NCBI GenBank assembly: GCA_016207825.1
Contig: JACQZI010000017.1
Coordinates: 15,478-79,477, forward strand
From: Planctomycetota bacterium
GTDB lineage: Bacteria > Planctomycetota > MHYJ01 > JACQXL01 > JACQZI01
Direction: 5' to 3'
DNA length: 64,000 nt
The translations under genes and the position numbers were made by a program. A model generated the notes under the pieces. It had not been told where the DNA came from, searched no databases, and was given only the letters and a program-made list of their open reading frames with translations. Within the stretch, counting starts at the first letter, position 1. Every line of letters begins with the position of its first letter. Below are positions 36,573 through 46,851 of this stretch, in pieces.

Positions 36573-38381
36573 TTACTTCGGCGACCAGATGACTTGCTCC
36601 CCGATATCGCCTCCGTTGGTTGCCTGGTATATCTTGCCGCTTTCCACTTCTATCACGTAAATATTATAAGTCTTCCTGAAGGCAATCCATTTGCCGTCCG
36701 GACTCCAAGAGGGAGATAATTCCTCATCCTTGCTATCGGTCAGATTCTTAAATTCGCTCCCATCCGCTTTCATAATACAGATATCATTGGTAAAATGTCC
36801 GTGGGGCGAACACTGGACAATCACCAGGGAGCCGTCCGGAGACCAGATGAGCGGCTTTCGGTCCAAAATCTTTACATCCAATTGGGTTTTGTTGGTGCCT
36901 TCCGAATCCATGCTAAAAACCTTTACCCCTTCGCCTATCTTACTGCTGAGAAAGAGTATGCTGTCGTCTTTCGGAGAGCAAACAGGAAAATCGTCCCAGC
37001 CATCACTGTCAGTGAGCTGTTTTTCATCGCCGCCGTCTATGTCTATGCTAAAAATCCGGAAACTATTATCCCGTGAACTGCGGTAAACAAGGCGGTCACT
37101 GCCGGAAGACCAGCTGATATTTTCCGCGCCGCCTTTGCCTGAAGTCAGCTGTTTAAGGCCGGAGCCATCGGGTCGGACAACCCATATATCCGGTGGATTA
37201 TAGCTTCTGGAATTTTCAGTTTTGCTTTCCACGGAAGAAGAACTGAAGGCAATCCATCTGCCGTCCGGCGACCAGACCGGTGCGCGGTCTTCGGCATCGT
37301 TTTTGGTCAGGCGGGACAGACCACGCCCGTCTATGTTTACGGTGTAGAGTTCTGTAGCCTCGCTTATGGGATGGGAATCAAAGACGAGCTTCATGCCGTC
37401 CGGCGACCAGGCGACGAAATCCTTGAAGCCGCCGGTCTTGGTGACCGGCTTGCACTTTGAGCCGTCCGGATTCATTACGTAAACCTCATACTGTCCCTCG
37501 CGGTTGGAAATGAAAGCAATCTTTCCCGGGAGCCCGGCGAGTTCGGCAACGGGCTTTTGCCTGGACTTCGCGCCGACATTGAAGCTATGCTTTTTTATTT
37601 TCCAAGCGCCCCCTTCTCTGACAAAATCCACAGAGCCTTCTCCTTCCTGGTCTCCCATCTTGCCTTCAAAGGAAAGTGTTCCTTCATCTCCGGAGATAGC
37701 CACATCCGTCACGGTCGTTTCGGTCGGCATAAAACCAATGGCCATGGACATAAGCTCCTGCGGGTCGCCCAGTTGCTCCATTTCCTTGATGGCATCCGCG
37801 GAAAGATATTTCTTTAGCTCTTTAAAGTCGCCGGATTTCATGGCTTTGCGGAAATTATCATAAAGTATTTTTAACGCGTCTTCATCGCTTGAGGGCTTTG
37901 ATTCCGGTTTTGTATCTTTTTTATCCGGCTGGGGAACGGGCGGCTGGACGGGTTTGGGAGGGGCCGGAGGAGGGGTAAAATCGAACTCTTCATCAAACTT
38001 CTGCCCGGAAAACTTCCACTCACCGTCTTCCAGAACCATATAGACCGTGCCGGAAACGCTGCGTCCATTAAAGGTGCCATCCACCATCAGGCTCGCCTTT
38101 GACTGGAAGACAGAAATACCGAAGATATCAACTTGAGAGGGCGTCTTCTTTTTAAGCTCCAGAAGTTTCTGTTTTGAATCGTCTGTTTCAAGCTCGTGGC
38201 GCAGTCCGGCGGTAACACATTTCTTAACCGTTTCCAGGTTTTCTTCGGCAACGGCAGTAATGTAATCGGTATACGCTTTTTTTGCCTCGCTCTTGTCGTC
38301 ACCGACGGCTTTATAGATAAAAGCACCGTTTAAAGAAATAACCGCCAAAGCGATAACCAGTGTTCTAAAAAAAGATTTCAT
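36573..38381 (-). CDS. TolB-like beta-propeller repeat protein
   Basis: Signal peptide and many WSPDG/WSPDGK repeats. Confidence 0.7.
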   Translation of the reverse strand: MKSFFRTLVIALAVISLNGAFIYKAVGDDKSEAKKAYTDYITAVAEENLETVKKCVTAGLRHELETDDSKQKLLELKKKTPSQVDIFGISVFQSKASLMVDGTFNGRSVSGTVYMVLEDGEWKFSGQKFDEEFDFTPPPAPPKPVQPPVPQPDKKDTKPESKPSSDEDALKILYDNFRKAMKSGDFKELKKYLSADAIKEMEQLGDPQELMSMAIGFMPTETTVTDVAISGDEGTLSFEGKMGDQEGEGSVDFVREGGAWKIKKHSFNVGAKSRQKPVAELAGLPGKIAFISNREGQYEVYVMNPDGSKCKPVTKTGGFKDFVAWSPDGMKLVFDSHPISEATELYTVNIDGRGLSRLTKNDAEDRAPVWSPDGRWIAFSSSSVESKTENSRSYNPPDIWVVRPDGSGLKQLTSGKGGAENISWSSGSDRLVYRSSRDNSFRIFSIDIDGGDEKQLTDSDGWDDFPVCSPKDDSILFLSSKIGEGVKVFSMDSEGTNKTQLDVKILDRKPLIWSPDGSLVIVQCSPHGHFTNDICIMKADGSEFKNLTDSKDEELSPSWSPDGKWIAFRKTYNIYVIEVESGKIYQATNGGDIGEQVIWSPK

Positions 38382-38511
38382 AAAACGCTCCTTGTTTTTA
38401 TTATAGCGCCTCTAACATTATTCAATAAAAGGCGTTTAGTCAAGAAAATACCGCGCGGGCGCTCTGCTCCACCGGTCGGAATAAAATCTTCAGATAAATA
38501 TTATTTTTCTC

Positions 38512-38540
38512 TTGATAAATCTATTTTTTGAGGATATAAT
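38512..38540 (+). promoter_or_regulatory. putative sigma-70 promoter (TTGATA-17-TATAAT)
   Basis: -35 at 38512-38517 and -10 at 38535-38540, upstream of the gspE-N/pilB pair. Confidence 0.45.
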
Positions 38541-38554
38541 ATATAGCAGTATTT

Positions 38555-39013
38555 ATGGTTAATATTTCAAAGATAACCAAGAAGCGCCTGGGCGAGCTTT
38601 TGGTCTCCGAAGGCTTAGTCACCAACGACCAGGTTACCGAGGCGTTAACCGAGCAGAAAAAAGTCGGCTCGCTCCTGGGCGAGACGTTGATTAAGCTGGG
38701 TTACGTAACCGAATCCGATATCGCCGCGGCAATAGCGGCGCAATTCGGGCTGCCTTATATTGATACCTCCCGTTACACCATAGAAAAAGAGATTTTCGAA
38801 CTGATTCCGGTGGATTTCATGAAGAAAAACGAGCTGATTCCGCTGGACAGAATCGGCAATATCATTACCATTGCCGTATGCGGCCCTTTGAGCGAGAAAG
38901 TCTTTGAGGAACTGGAAAAGCTTATGGGATGCGAAGCATATCTTTTTGTTTCAACTTCGTCACAAGTTCATAAAATAATAGAAGATTTTACATCAGGCGA
39001 GAAAAAGAAATAG
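38555..39013 (+). CDS. standalone type II secretion system protein E N-terminal domain (GspE-N/PilB-N) protein
   Basis: LGELLVSEGLVTNDQVTEALTEQ...LGYVTESDIA... is typical of the T2SSE_N domain. Confidence 0.65.
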   Translation: MVNISKITKKRLGELLVSEGLVTNDQVTEALTEQKKVGSLLGETLIKLGYVTESDIAAAIAAQFGLPYIDTSRYTIEKEIFELIPVDFMKKNELIPLDRIGNIITIAVCGPLSEKVFEELEKLMGCEAYLFVSTSSQVHKIIEDFTSGEKKK

Positions 39014-39034
39014 CCCCGACACCCTTGTCGGGAC

Positions 39035-40762
39035 TTGCAAGAGACTAATTATATGGCGAGTAATTTCAGCGGCTGGTTAAAGATGTTTCTAGTTAAGAAG
39101 AACCTGCTTACCGAGGAGCAAAAAAAAACGGCTGACGATATAACATCCAAGGATAAAAGATTATTAAGCGAAGTCCTGATAACCAATAAGTTTATTGAAG
39201 AAGAAACCTTATTAGCCTTGATTGCCAGGGAAGCGCGCATCCCACCCATAAACGTGGAAAAAGTCTTGCCGGATGAAGCGGCCCTTAAGATGATTCTGGA
39301 AAGCCAGGCGCATTCTTACGGGGTTCTTCCCGTTTCCAAAATAGGCGATATCCTTACCATTGCGGTAAGTAATCCTTTCGACATACTTAAAATAGACGAC
39401 CTGAAAATAATCACCGGATGCGATATCAGGTATGTAGTGGCACTGGATTTCCGGATAGCAGAGCGAATCCGCCCGTTTTATAACCCGGAAGAACTGGCCA
39501 TGGAAAAGATGCTGGAGGAAAACGAAGAGACCGACGAGGTGGAGCTTACCAAGCACCAGATGGAAGACGTGGACGTGGCATCGTTGACTGCGGCGGGAGA
39601 AGACGCACCGATTGTGAAATTCGTCAACCTGATTATTTATAAAGCACTCGAGGAAGGGGCAAGCGATATTCATATCGAGCCCTATGAAAACATGGTGGCG
39701 GTCCGTTATCGCAAAGACGGCGTGCTTCATGAAGCAATGCAGCCGCCCAAGAAGATTTTCAACGCCATCATTTCACGCGTAAAAGTAATGACTTCGCTCG
39801 ATATCGCCGAACGCAGGGTTCCCCAGGACGGCAAATTCCAGATAAAGTATGAGAACCGTCAGATAGATTTCCGCGTTTCCACCCTGCCGACCATTTACGG
39901 GGAAAAGGTCGTTATGCGCGTCCTGGATTCTTCCAGCATTAATTTAGGACTGGATGTTTTAGGGTTTGAACCGCAGGCAATGAATGCATTTAAAACGGCA
40001 ATTATGGCTCCTTATGGAATGATTCTGGTAACAGGCCCGACCGGAAGCGGAAAATCAACCACTTTGTATTCAGCGTTAAAAGCAATCATGTCGAATGAAG
40101 ATAATATCATGACCGTGGAAGACCCGGTGGAATACCAGCTGGAAGGCGTCGGGCAGGTACCGATAAACCAAAAAAGGGGAATGACCTTTGCTTTGGCATT
40201 AAGGTCTCTTTTACGCCAGGACCCGGATAAGATAATGGTCGGAGAAATCCGCGACGGAGAAACGGCCGATATCGCGGTAAAAGCGGCGATGACCGGGCAC
40301 CTGGTTTTAAGCACGCTCCATACGAACGATGCGGCTTCGGCTATCACACGCCTGGCTGATATGGGAGTTGACCCATTCCTGATTGCCTCATCAACTATCC
40401 TTCTTTCAGCGCAAAGGCTTGCCAGAAAACTATGCGAAAGATGCAAACAGCCCTTTGACCCCCTTCCGCCTCCGGAAAGATTAATCAATATCGGTTTTAA
40501 AGAAGCGGAGTGTAAAAACATTATTTATAAACCGGTCGGCTGCGCACATTGCCGTGACGGCTACAAAGGACGTTTTGCCTTCCTGGAAGCGCTTGAAATT
40601 GATGATGAAGTACGCAGGATGATTATTAAAAGCAAGTCTGTTTTTGAGATAAAGAAATATGCCGTAGATAAAGGAATGATTACCCTGCGCCGTTGCGGGG
40701 TGCTTAATATCCTAAAAGGAAAGACCTCTATTGAAGAAGTGCTGAGAATGACCGAGGCATAA
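39035..40762 (+). CDS. pilB: type IV pilus assembly ATPase PilB / GspE family
   Basis: Walker A GPTGSGKSTT, and a C-terminal CxxC...CxxC zinc motif (CERCKQ...CAHCRDG). Confidence 0.85.
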   Translation: MQETNYMASNFSGWLKMFLVKKNLLTEEQKKTADDITSKDKRLLSEVLITNKFIEEETLLALIAREARIPPINVEKVLPDEAALKMILESQAHSYGVLPVSKIGDILTIAVSNPFDILKIDDLKIITGCDIRYVVALDFRIAERIRPFYNPEELAMEKMLEENEETDEVELTKHQMEDVDVASLTAAGEDAPIVKFVNLIIYKALEEGASDIHIEPYENMVAVRYRKDGVLHEAMQPPKKIFNAIISRVKVMTSLDIAERRVPQDGKFQIKYENRQIDFRVSTLPTIYGEKVVMRVLDSSSINLGLDVLGFEPQAMNAFKTAIMAPYGMILVTGPTGSGKSTTLYSALKAIMSNEDNIMTVEDPVEYQLEGVGQVPINQKRGMTFALALRSLLRQDPDKIMVGEIRDGETADIAVKAAMTGHLVLSTLHTNDAASAITRLADMGVDPFLIASSTILLSAQRLARKLCERCKQPFDPLPPPERLINIGFKEAECKNIIYKPVGCAHCRDGYKGRFAFLEALEIDDEVRRMIIKSKSVFEIKKYAVDKGMITLRRCGVLNILKGKTSIEEVLRMTEA

Positions 40763-41149
40763 CCGGCCAATTACCACAGAGAAGACAAGAAAATCAAGTT
40801 TTACCGACTAACATCCAAGAAAAACCCTGTAATAACACCAGAAAACCAATAAAAAACCCCCAGCATATCGCCGGGGGATGATTGCAGAGCCTTAAGCTAT
40901 GTCCGTCGCCGGAACTATATAGCCTAAGGACTCCGGAGAGGGGTTTTAATTATTCCTATATATTATATATAAGGCAAAATTCGTGCCAACCAGATAATAA
41001 TTAGAGTGATATGGCGTATTTTCCGAAAGACATCCGTTCCAACACCCTGAAATATAAAGAGATACAAAATTACGCTTTTTACAAGGAAAATCGGCTGGTT
41101 ATCCTACAGGCGGAAGTTTTTTCCGCCTGTACGGTAATTTCTGCCTATT

Positions 41150-42184
41150 TTAAGAACCTCTTTGGCTACCGCCGACATTGGCGAATATCATTTTACCGGC
41201 ACTTGTCTGCAATACACTGGTCGTGGTTACGGTAAGGCGCTGGCCAATCTTATTCCCAGCACCTTCAACAACTATCATGGTGCCGTCATTTAGATAAGCA
41301 ACCCCCTGCTGGTATTCTTCCCCCTGGCGGACAATCCTGACTTCCATGGTTTCACCCGGTAAAACGACGGTTTTTAGGGCATTGGTCATATCGTTCATGT
41401 TGATAACGGTAATACCCTGTACCTGCGCCACTTTATTCAGGTTAAAATCGGTAGTCATCAAACGCCCTTTGAGGTGTTTGGCAAGTTCTATAAGCTTATC
41501 GTCCGTATTTTTTATATTGGGCATTTCCACTTCGCTTATTTGCACGTCAATATTCTTGCTATCCTGCATCTTTTTAAGGATATCCAACCCATGCCTACCG
41601 CGGGTTCTTTTCAGGCGGTCGGCTGAATCGGCAATGCGTTGTAGTTCCATCAGGACAAAACGCGGGATTATCAAAGGGGCTTCGATAATTCCGGTCTCAC
41701 CGATATCCGCAATACGGCCATCAATAATCACGCTGGTATCAACGATGATCGGACTCATGCCTTTTCCTTCCTTGGAAAGTTCGATAAAGGGTATCACGAA
41801 CTTGAAATCATCCTTGCTGCGTATGATTGCCAGGATAGAAAGAAACGAAACCGCAAAGGTAATGGCAAAAGATAGCCATTCTTTGAAATTAGGCGTATCG
41901 GTTACCAGTTTTTGCATCCAAGGAAGCAAAAACAACGCCTGGATGAAAAGGAAAGACACGATAAACCCGAAAACCAACCCGAACATTACCACGGAAATCG
42001 TGCCGATATAACGCCTGGTGAAGAAGACCTCCCCCGTCACGAATAGCACGGCTAAAACCATGCCGATAATCAATCCGTAATAGCCGGTGGCATGGTCTGC
42101 CGGACCGGTTGAAAACAAAGAACCTATATACCAGCCGATGATTCCGCTGATAATCAAAAATATCGCTCTTAAAATATATAACAT
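41150..42184 (-). CDS. PIN- and TRAM-domain membrane protein (YacL-like)
   Basis: N-terminal TM helices, a PIN domain (IVDTSVIIDGRI) and a C-terminal TRAM-like beta domain. Confidence 0.6.
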   Translation of the reverse strand: MLYILRAIFLIISGIIGWYIGSLFSTGPADHATGYYGLIIGMVLAVLFVTGEVFFTRRYIGTISVVMFGLVFGFIVSFLFIQALFLLPWMQKLVTDTPNFKEWLSFAITFAVSFLSILAIIRSKDDFKFVIPFIELSKEGKGMSPIIVDTSVIIDGRIADIGETGIIEAPLIIPRFVLMELQRIADSADRLKRTRGRHGLDILKKMQDSKNIDVQISEVEMPNIKNTDDKLIELAKHLKGRLMTTDFNLNKVAQVQGITVINMNDMTNALKTVVLPGETMEVRIVRQGEEYQQGVAYLNDGTMIVVEGAGNKIGQRLTVTTTSVLQTSAGKMIFANVGGSQRGS

Positions 42185-42256
42185 TAAACACCTCCTTGCC
42201 CTGAATCCGCCTCTGAACCGTTAATGGTTCAGGAATAGTGGTACGGGGCTTTCTAA

Positions 42257-43408
42257 TTACATTTTCTCAAAGGGATAAAATAATTTTTGGTACTCCTCCT
42301 GCAAGTACCGATCAGTCATCCCCGCGATATAATCGCAGGTGATACGGTACTTTAACTCATCCTTTTCCAATCTTTTCTGATAACGCAAAGGCAGTTGCTT
42401 GGTATCATTTACATACGTATTGAATATCCGTTCGATAAAAAGCCTGCCTTTCCTGGTCATCCTTATCAATTGCGGATGAATATAGAAATTATCGTAAAGG
42501 AATTTCTGCAATTCCTTTTTCTGCCTTGACATCGGCTCGGAAAAACAAACCAACCTGACCGGTAATTGGCGAACCTCATCTATCGTTTTTATTTTGTGCT
42601 CTTCAAGCAGGCGTTTTGAGTTCTCTATTATATCAGTAATCTCCAGGTTAATGATATAAATAATTTTCTGGGAACGGGATATACTGGGATTATCCGTATC
42701 CAAATTTGCTTTATTTTCGGTAGAAGCCCGTTTCCAGAGTTCGAGATTTAATAAATCTTTTTCGTTAATTACTCCCGCCCTGATACCGTCATCAAGGTCA
42801 TGGTTATCATAGGCGATGCTATCCGCCATATCAACGACCTGCGCTTCAAGTAAAGGCTGCCATTCCGGATGATACATAGGATTAATCTGCGGTTGGTCAT
42901 AAGCCGTTTTGTGTTTAATCATGGATTCCCTGATTTCCCAGGAAAGATTCAATCCGGGGAAATGCGGGTAGCGCTGTTCGAGCAGTTCCACGACGCGAAG
43001 CCCATTGGAATTATGCTCGAAACCACCGTGGTTTTTCATCAGGTCATGAAGTGCTTCTTCTCCGGCGTGTCCGAAAGGGGTGTGTCCGATATCGTGTGAC
43101 AAAGCGATGCATTCGGTGAGATCTTCGTTAAGGCCCAATGCTCTGGCAATGGTGCGGGCAAGCTGGGTGACTTCAATGGTATGAGTTAGGCGGGTGCGGT
43201 AATGGTCGCCTTCGTGGTTTACAAAGACCTGTGTTTTGTATTCGAGGCGGCGGAATGCGGTGGAATGGATAATGCGGTCACGGTCGCGCTGATATACGGT
43301 CCGGTATGAATGCTCCGGCTCAGGATACTGCCGTCCTTGGCTCAAACGGCTTTTCATTGCATAAGAAGCCAGTAATTTCTCCTCACGCTCTTCTAATAAT
43401 TTACGCAT
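42257..43408 (-). CDS. dgt: dGTP triphosphohydrolase-like HD-domain protein
   Basis: HD motif (ALSHDIGHTPFGHAGE) and a dGTPase-family N-terminus. Confidence 0.75.
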   Translation of the reverse strand: MRKLLEEREEKLLASYAMKSRLSQGRQYPEPEHSYRTVYQRDRDRIIHSTAFRRLEYKTQVFVNHEGDHYRTRLTHTIEVTQLARTIARALGLNEDLTECIALSHDIGHTPFGHAGEEALHDLMKNHGGFEHNSNGLRVVELLEQRYPHFPGLNLSWEIRESMIKHKTAYDQPQINPMYHPEWQPLLEAQVVDMADSIAYDNHDLDDGIRAGVINEKDLLNLELWKRASTENKANLDTDNPSISRSQKIIYIINLEITDIIENSKRLLEEHKIKTIDEVRQLPVRLVCFSEPMSRQKKELQKFLYDNFYIHPQLIRMTRKGRLFIERIFNTYVNDTKQLPLRYQKRLEKDELKYRITCDYIAGMTDRYLQEEYQKLFYPFEKM

Positions 43409-43477
43409 ATTGAATACAAAAACAGAAAAGGGGAAAATGATGGAACTTATTAGCGCACCATTTTCCCCTTGAGAAAT

Positions 43478-44569
43478 TTATTTAGCTGCCACTAAGGCCG
43501 GATTGCTTTTCAGTGTAGCATCTATGACCGAAAGCAATTCTTTCAATTCGTCCTTTGTGGTATCGCCCATATGAGCGATACGGAAAGTGGTATCTTTGAA
43601 CTTTCCGTAACCGGCGGAAATCATAAACCCTTTCTTGCCGAGTTCTTTATTAAGCTCGCCGATATTGATATTCCTGGTATTGGCAATTGTCGTCAGGGTG
43701 ATTGATTCATAACCCGGTTCCGGGAACAAGCCGAATCCACCTTTTTTCGCCCATTCACGGCAGTGCATTGCCATATCTTTCACGCGGTTAAACTTATTGT
43801 CCAAGCCTTCCTTAAAGAACTTATCCAATTGGTAATTCAAGGCAAAAATATGCGGAAGCGAAGGCGTGGTCGGGGTCTGATTTTTCTCGTCAAACTTCTC
43901 GAATTCCGGGAAGCTGAAATAATAACCGCGGTTCTTGACGGTTTTGGATTTATCCAACGCTTTTTTACTGATGGAAAACACCGCGAATCCCGGCGGCAAG
44001 GCAAAGCCTTTCTGTGTACTTGAAAGGCAAACATCTATTCCCCATTTATCCACTTCTATTTTGACGCTTGCCATAGAACTTACCGCATCGACCAGGAATA
44101 TCACTTCGGGATATTTTTTCATGACTTCGCCGATTTCAGGCATAGGATTCATTACGCCGGTAGAAGTTTCGTTGTGGGTTACCAATATTGCATCATATTT
44201 ACCTGTTGCCAATGCCTTATCAATCATCTCCGGTTTTATCGCTTTGCCCGGGTCAACTTTCAACGAATCAGTCTCTTTGGCGTTGACTATGGCGATTTCA
44301 TTCCACCTATCGCCAAATTCGCCGCAACTACAGGAAAGAATCCGCTTATCGGAACAATTCCGTACGCAGCCTTCCATAACTCCGGTAGCGGAAGATGTTG
44401 ACAAAAACACCTTGTTATTAGTGTATAATAATTTCTGTAATTTAGTTTTAACCTGCCCGTGTAAATCCGTATAAGCCTTGGTGCGATGTCCAATCATGGG
44501 GGTGCTGAGACTGTTTAACACATCCGGATACACCTCGACCGGACCAGGGATAAACAACTTTATGTGCAT
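43478..44569 (-). CDS. class V aminotransferase (serine--pyruvate / alanine--glyoxylate aminotransferase-like)
   Basis: PLP-dependent fold. Family assignment by overall similarity. Confidence 0.65.
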   Translation of the reverse strand: MHIKLFIPGPVEVYPDVLNSLSTPMIGHRTKAYTDLHGQVKTKLQKLLYTNNKVFLSTSSATGVMEGCVRNCSDKRILSCSCGEFGDRWNEIAIVNAKETDSLKVDPGKAIKPEMIDKALATGKYDAILVTHNETSTGVMNPMPEIGEVMKKYPEVIFLVDAVSSMASVKIEVDKWGIDVCLSSTQKGFALPPGFAVFSISKKALDKSKTVKNRGYYFSFPEFEKFDEKNQTPTTPSLPHIFALNYQLDKFFKEGLDNKFNRVKDMAMHCREWAKKGGFGLFPEPGYESITLTTIANTRNINIGELNKELGKKGFMISAGYGKFKDTTFRIAHMGDTTKDELKELLSVIDATLKSNPALVAAK

Positions 44570-44703
44570 ACCAATCTCCTTTCTTAAATTATAATAGAAT
44601 TTACAATATTATTATTTTAATGGCGAATTGCTGCTGGGTCAAGTAAAATAACCTTTTGTGAATATGCCGTAATAAATAGAAATCTACTTTAACATAATGT
44701 TTT

Positions 44704-45402
44704 TTAGTTGCTTGGCTGGCTCCATGGTTTCCCTCCGGAAATAGGGGGCCAGGTTGTAGTGTTGGTAGGATCAGGGGAATTCCATCTTCTTTCTGTAGTG
44801 CCAGTTGTATACCATTTATTAGCGTCAAGCATCGGATCTGCTCCATAAACGACCCCTTTTTCGTTTATAATGAAAACCCTATCTCCGCTTGATCCATATT
44901 GAGCCGGAGCAGCCATAAAACCAAAAACATAATTATTAGCAATTGCCACACCGGTTCCTGCGTAACAATTTTCGTTATAAACTACCGCCGCATCGTGATC
45001 TATCATTGTTTGAAGATAATATCCTGCTTTTGCTCCCAGAGTGGTGCTGATAGAATTCCAATCCTGTGTTATGCTGGCCGTTATACTATCATCCGCATGC
45101 CATGAAAAATCAGCCTTAGCCACATCCAGAGAAATATATGCCGCAGGCTGTCCTTCTTTTAACATCCTATAAAGGCCGGAAACATCATAAGTCCAAAAAT
45201 CCTGTCTCCCCGTCCCGGACATGCCTGTCTGTCGCCAGGTCGCTTCGCCGGCAAAGATGGCTTTTAAGCTGCCGATAGCGGCAACTTCATTAGTTCCTTT
45301 CCTGGAAGCCAATAAATTCGGGATTGAAATCGCCGCAATAATGGCGATAATCGCCACTACAATCATCAATTCTATAAGAGTAAATCCTTCTTTACGTAAC
45401 AT
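44704..45402 (-). CDS. prepilin-type N-terminal cleavage/methylation domain protein (type IV pilin/pseudopilin-like)
   Basis: N-terminus MLRKEGFTLIELMIVVAIIAIIAAI. Confidence 0.8.
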   Translation of the reverse strand: MLRKEGFTLIELMIVVAIIAIIAAISIPNLLASRKGTNEVAAIGSLKAIFAGEATWRQTGMSGTGRQDFWTYDVSGLYRMLKEGQPAAYISLDVAKADFSWHADDSITASITQDWNSISTTLGAKAGYYLQTMIDHDAAVVYNENCYAGTGVAIANNYVFGFMAAPAQYGSSGDRVFIINEKGVVYGADPMLDANKWYTTGTTERRWNSPDPTNTTTWPPISGGKPWSQPSN

Positions 45403-45605
45403 ACTAATATTACTTTTATATTAATCACTCATAACTGTCAACTAAAAAGTAAAGCCTCTTTGTATTTAAAAAGCTCTTTATTGTTTTTCATTTATTCTAA
45501 CAAATGGAACTAACTTACGTATCTATTTCACCCGAAGGAGGTCAGAAAAACAGGCTTACGTGCGAGAAAGCCTATAAAAACTCTATCTTTTAGTCAATTT
45601 TATCC

Positions 45606-45634
45606 TTGACTTTTAGTTAATAGATGAGTATATT
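45606..45634 (+). promoter_or_regulatory. putative sigma-70 promoter of htrA (TTGACT-17-TATATT)
   Basis: tatccTTGACT...TATATT; the same tatccttgac context also precedes argS. Confidence 0.35.
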
Positions 45635-45684
45635 TAACAATATAATAGCAGATGATAAACTGCCAATAAATTAAAGGAGAAAAA

Positions 45685-46830
45685 ATGAACCAACACAACT
45701 TAAAGCATAAAATATTATGGGAAATCTCTTTTGTTATTGCCATTTTGTTAACTATTCCGATTTTGATAAAATTAGATGTTTTTGCACAAGTTAAACCACC
45801 CCCAAACAAAGGTTCTTCACCTTTGAAACCAGCCGATACTCCTAACTTTACCAAGAAATCAATAAGCGATGTGGCCAAATTTGTTATTCCATCAACCGTG
45901 CAGATTATTAATTTAGTGGAACAAAAATCACAGTTCCAGGGAGAAAAAGGCCAATTAATACCGAGGGGCACCGGGACTGGCAGTATTATCAATAAAGAAG
46001 GTATTATTCTTACAAACTCACACGTGGTAAACGGTGCATCGGCACTTTTGGTAATGCTCTCAGACGAAAGGCAATTACCGGCAACTCTAATCGGAGAAGA
46101 CGTAAAAGCAGACGTCGCTGTTATTAAAATAGATAATCCCCCAGCGGATATTATTCCGATTAAATTAGGAGATTCGGATAAACTGGAAATCGGCGATTGG
46201 GCGGTAGCTATAGGTAACCCATTCCGAATGCGTAACACCGTAACCACCGGCATTATCAGCGCCTTAAACCAGCCCCAATCCGCTGAAGTTGCCCAGGAAG
46301 ACCTTCTTTATATCCAAACCGATGCCCCGATTAACCCGGGCAACAGCGGAGGCCCGCTTGTAAATATGCAGGGAGAAGTCATTGGGATAAACTCATGGAT
46401 ATACAACGCCGGCGCGGGCGGTTCCATCGGACTAGGATTTGCCATCCCTATTAATGCCGCAAAGGAAATCATGCAATCATTGATTACCGATAAAAAGAGT
46501 TTCCAGCGATATGTCGGGGTAGAACTCTGGCAAATAAACACCTTCTTAGCATATAGCTACAACCACAAAACACTGGATGATTTCCTGCGTGACATGAAAC
46601 TTAAGGAAACCACGGGAGGCTTTGTTAAAAATGTTGAACCGGGATCTCCCGCAGCCGAAACAGGGTTAAAAGAAGGAGATGTTATCATTGAATTCGATAA
46701 GGCAAAAATAAATTCACCGCGTGAATATTCTATCGCCATATCCAAGCATAAACCGGGCGACACTGTTGATATTAAAGTTATTCAGAGCGGAGAAATCAAA
46801 ACATTAAAACTAACCATCGGCAAAAAATAA
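45685..46830 (+). CDS. htrA: periplasmic serine endoprotease DegP/HtrA (trypsin-like + PDZ)
   Basis: His (TNSHVV), Asp, and Ser (GNSGGPL) catalytic motifs, plus a C-terminal PDZ domain. Confidence 0.85.
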   Translation: MNQHNLKHKILWEISFVIAILLTIPILIKLDVFAQVKPPPNKGSSPLKPADTPNFTKKSISDVAKFVIPSTVQIINLVEQKSQFQGEKGQLIPRGTGTGSIINKEGIILTNSHVVNGASALLVMLSDERQLPATLIGEDVKADVAVIKIDNPPADIIPIKLGDSDKLEIGDWAVAIGNPFRMRNTVTTGIISALNQPQSAEVAQEDLLYIQTDAPINPGNSGGPLVNMQGEVIGINSWIYNAGAGGSIGLGFAIPINAAKEIMQSLITDKKSFQRYVGVELWQINTFLAYSYNHKTLDDFLRDMKLKETTGGFVKNVEPGSPAAETGLKEGDVIIEFDKAKINSPREYSIAISKHKPGDTVDIKVIQSGEIKTLKLTIGKK

Positions 46831-46851
46831 TTATTATAAAGGGAGCTAATT

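Noticed and set aside
40840-40930. Terminator after pilB (cccccagcatatcgccggggg)
   Set aside because: The stem is imperfect and is not followed by a T-run, so I did not call it.
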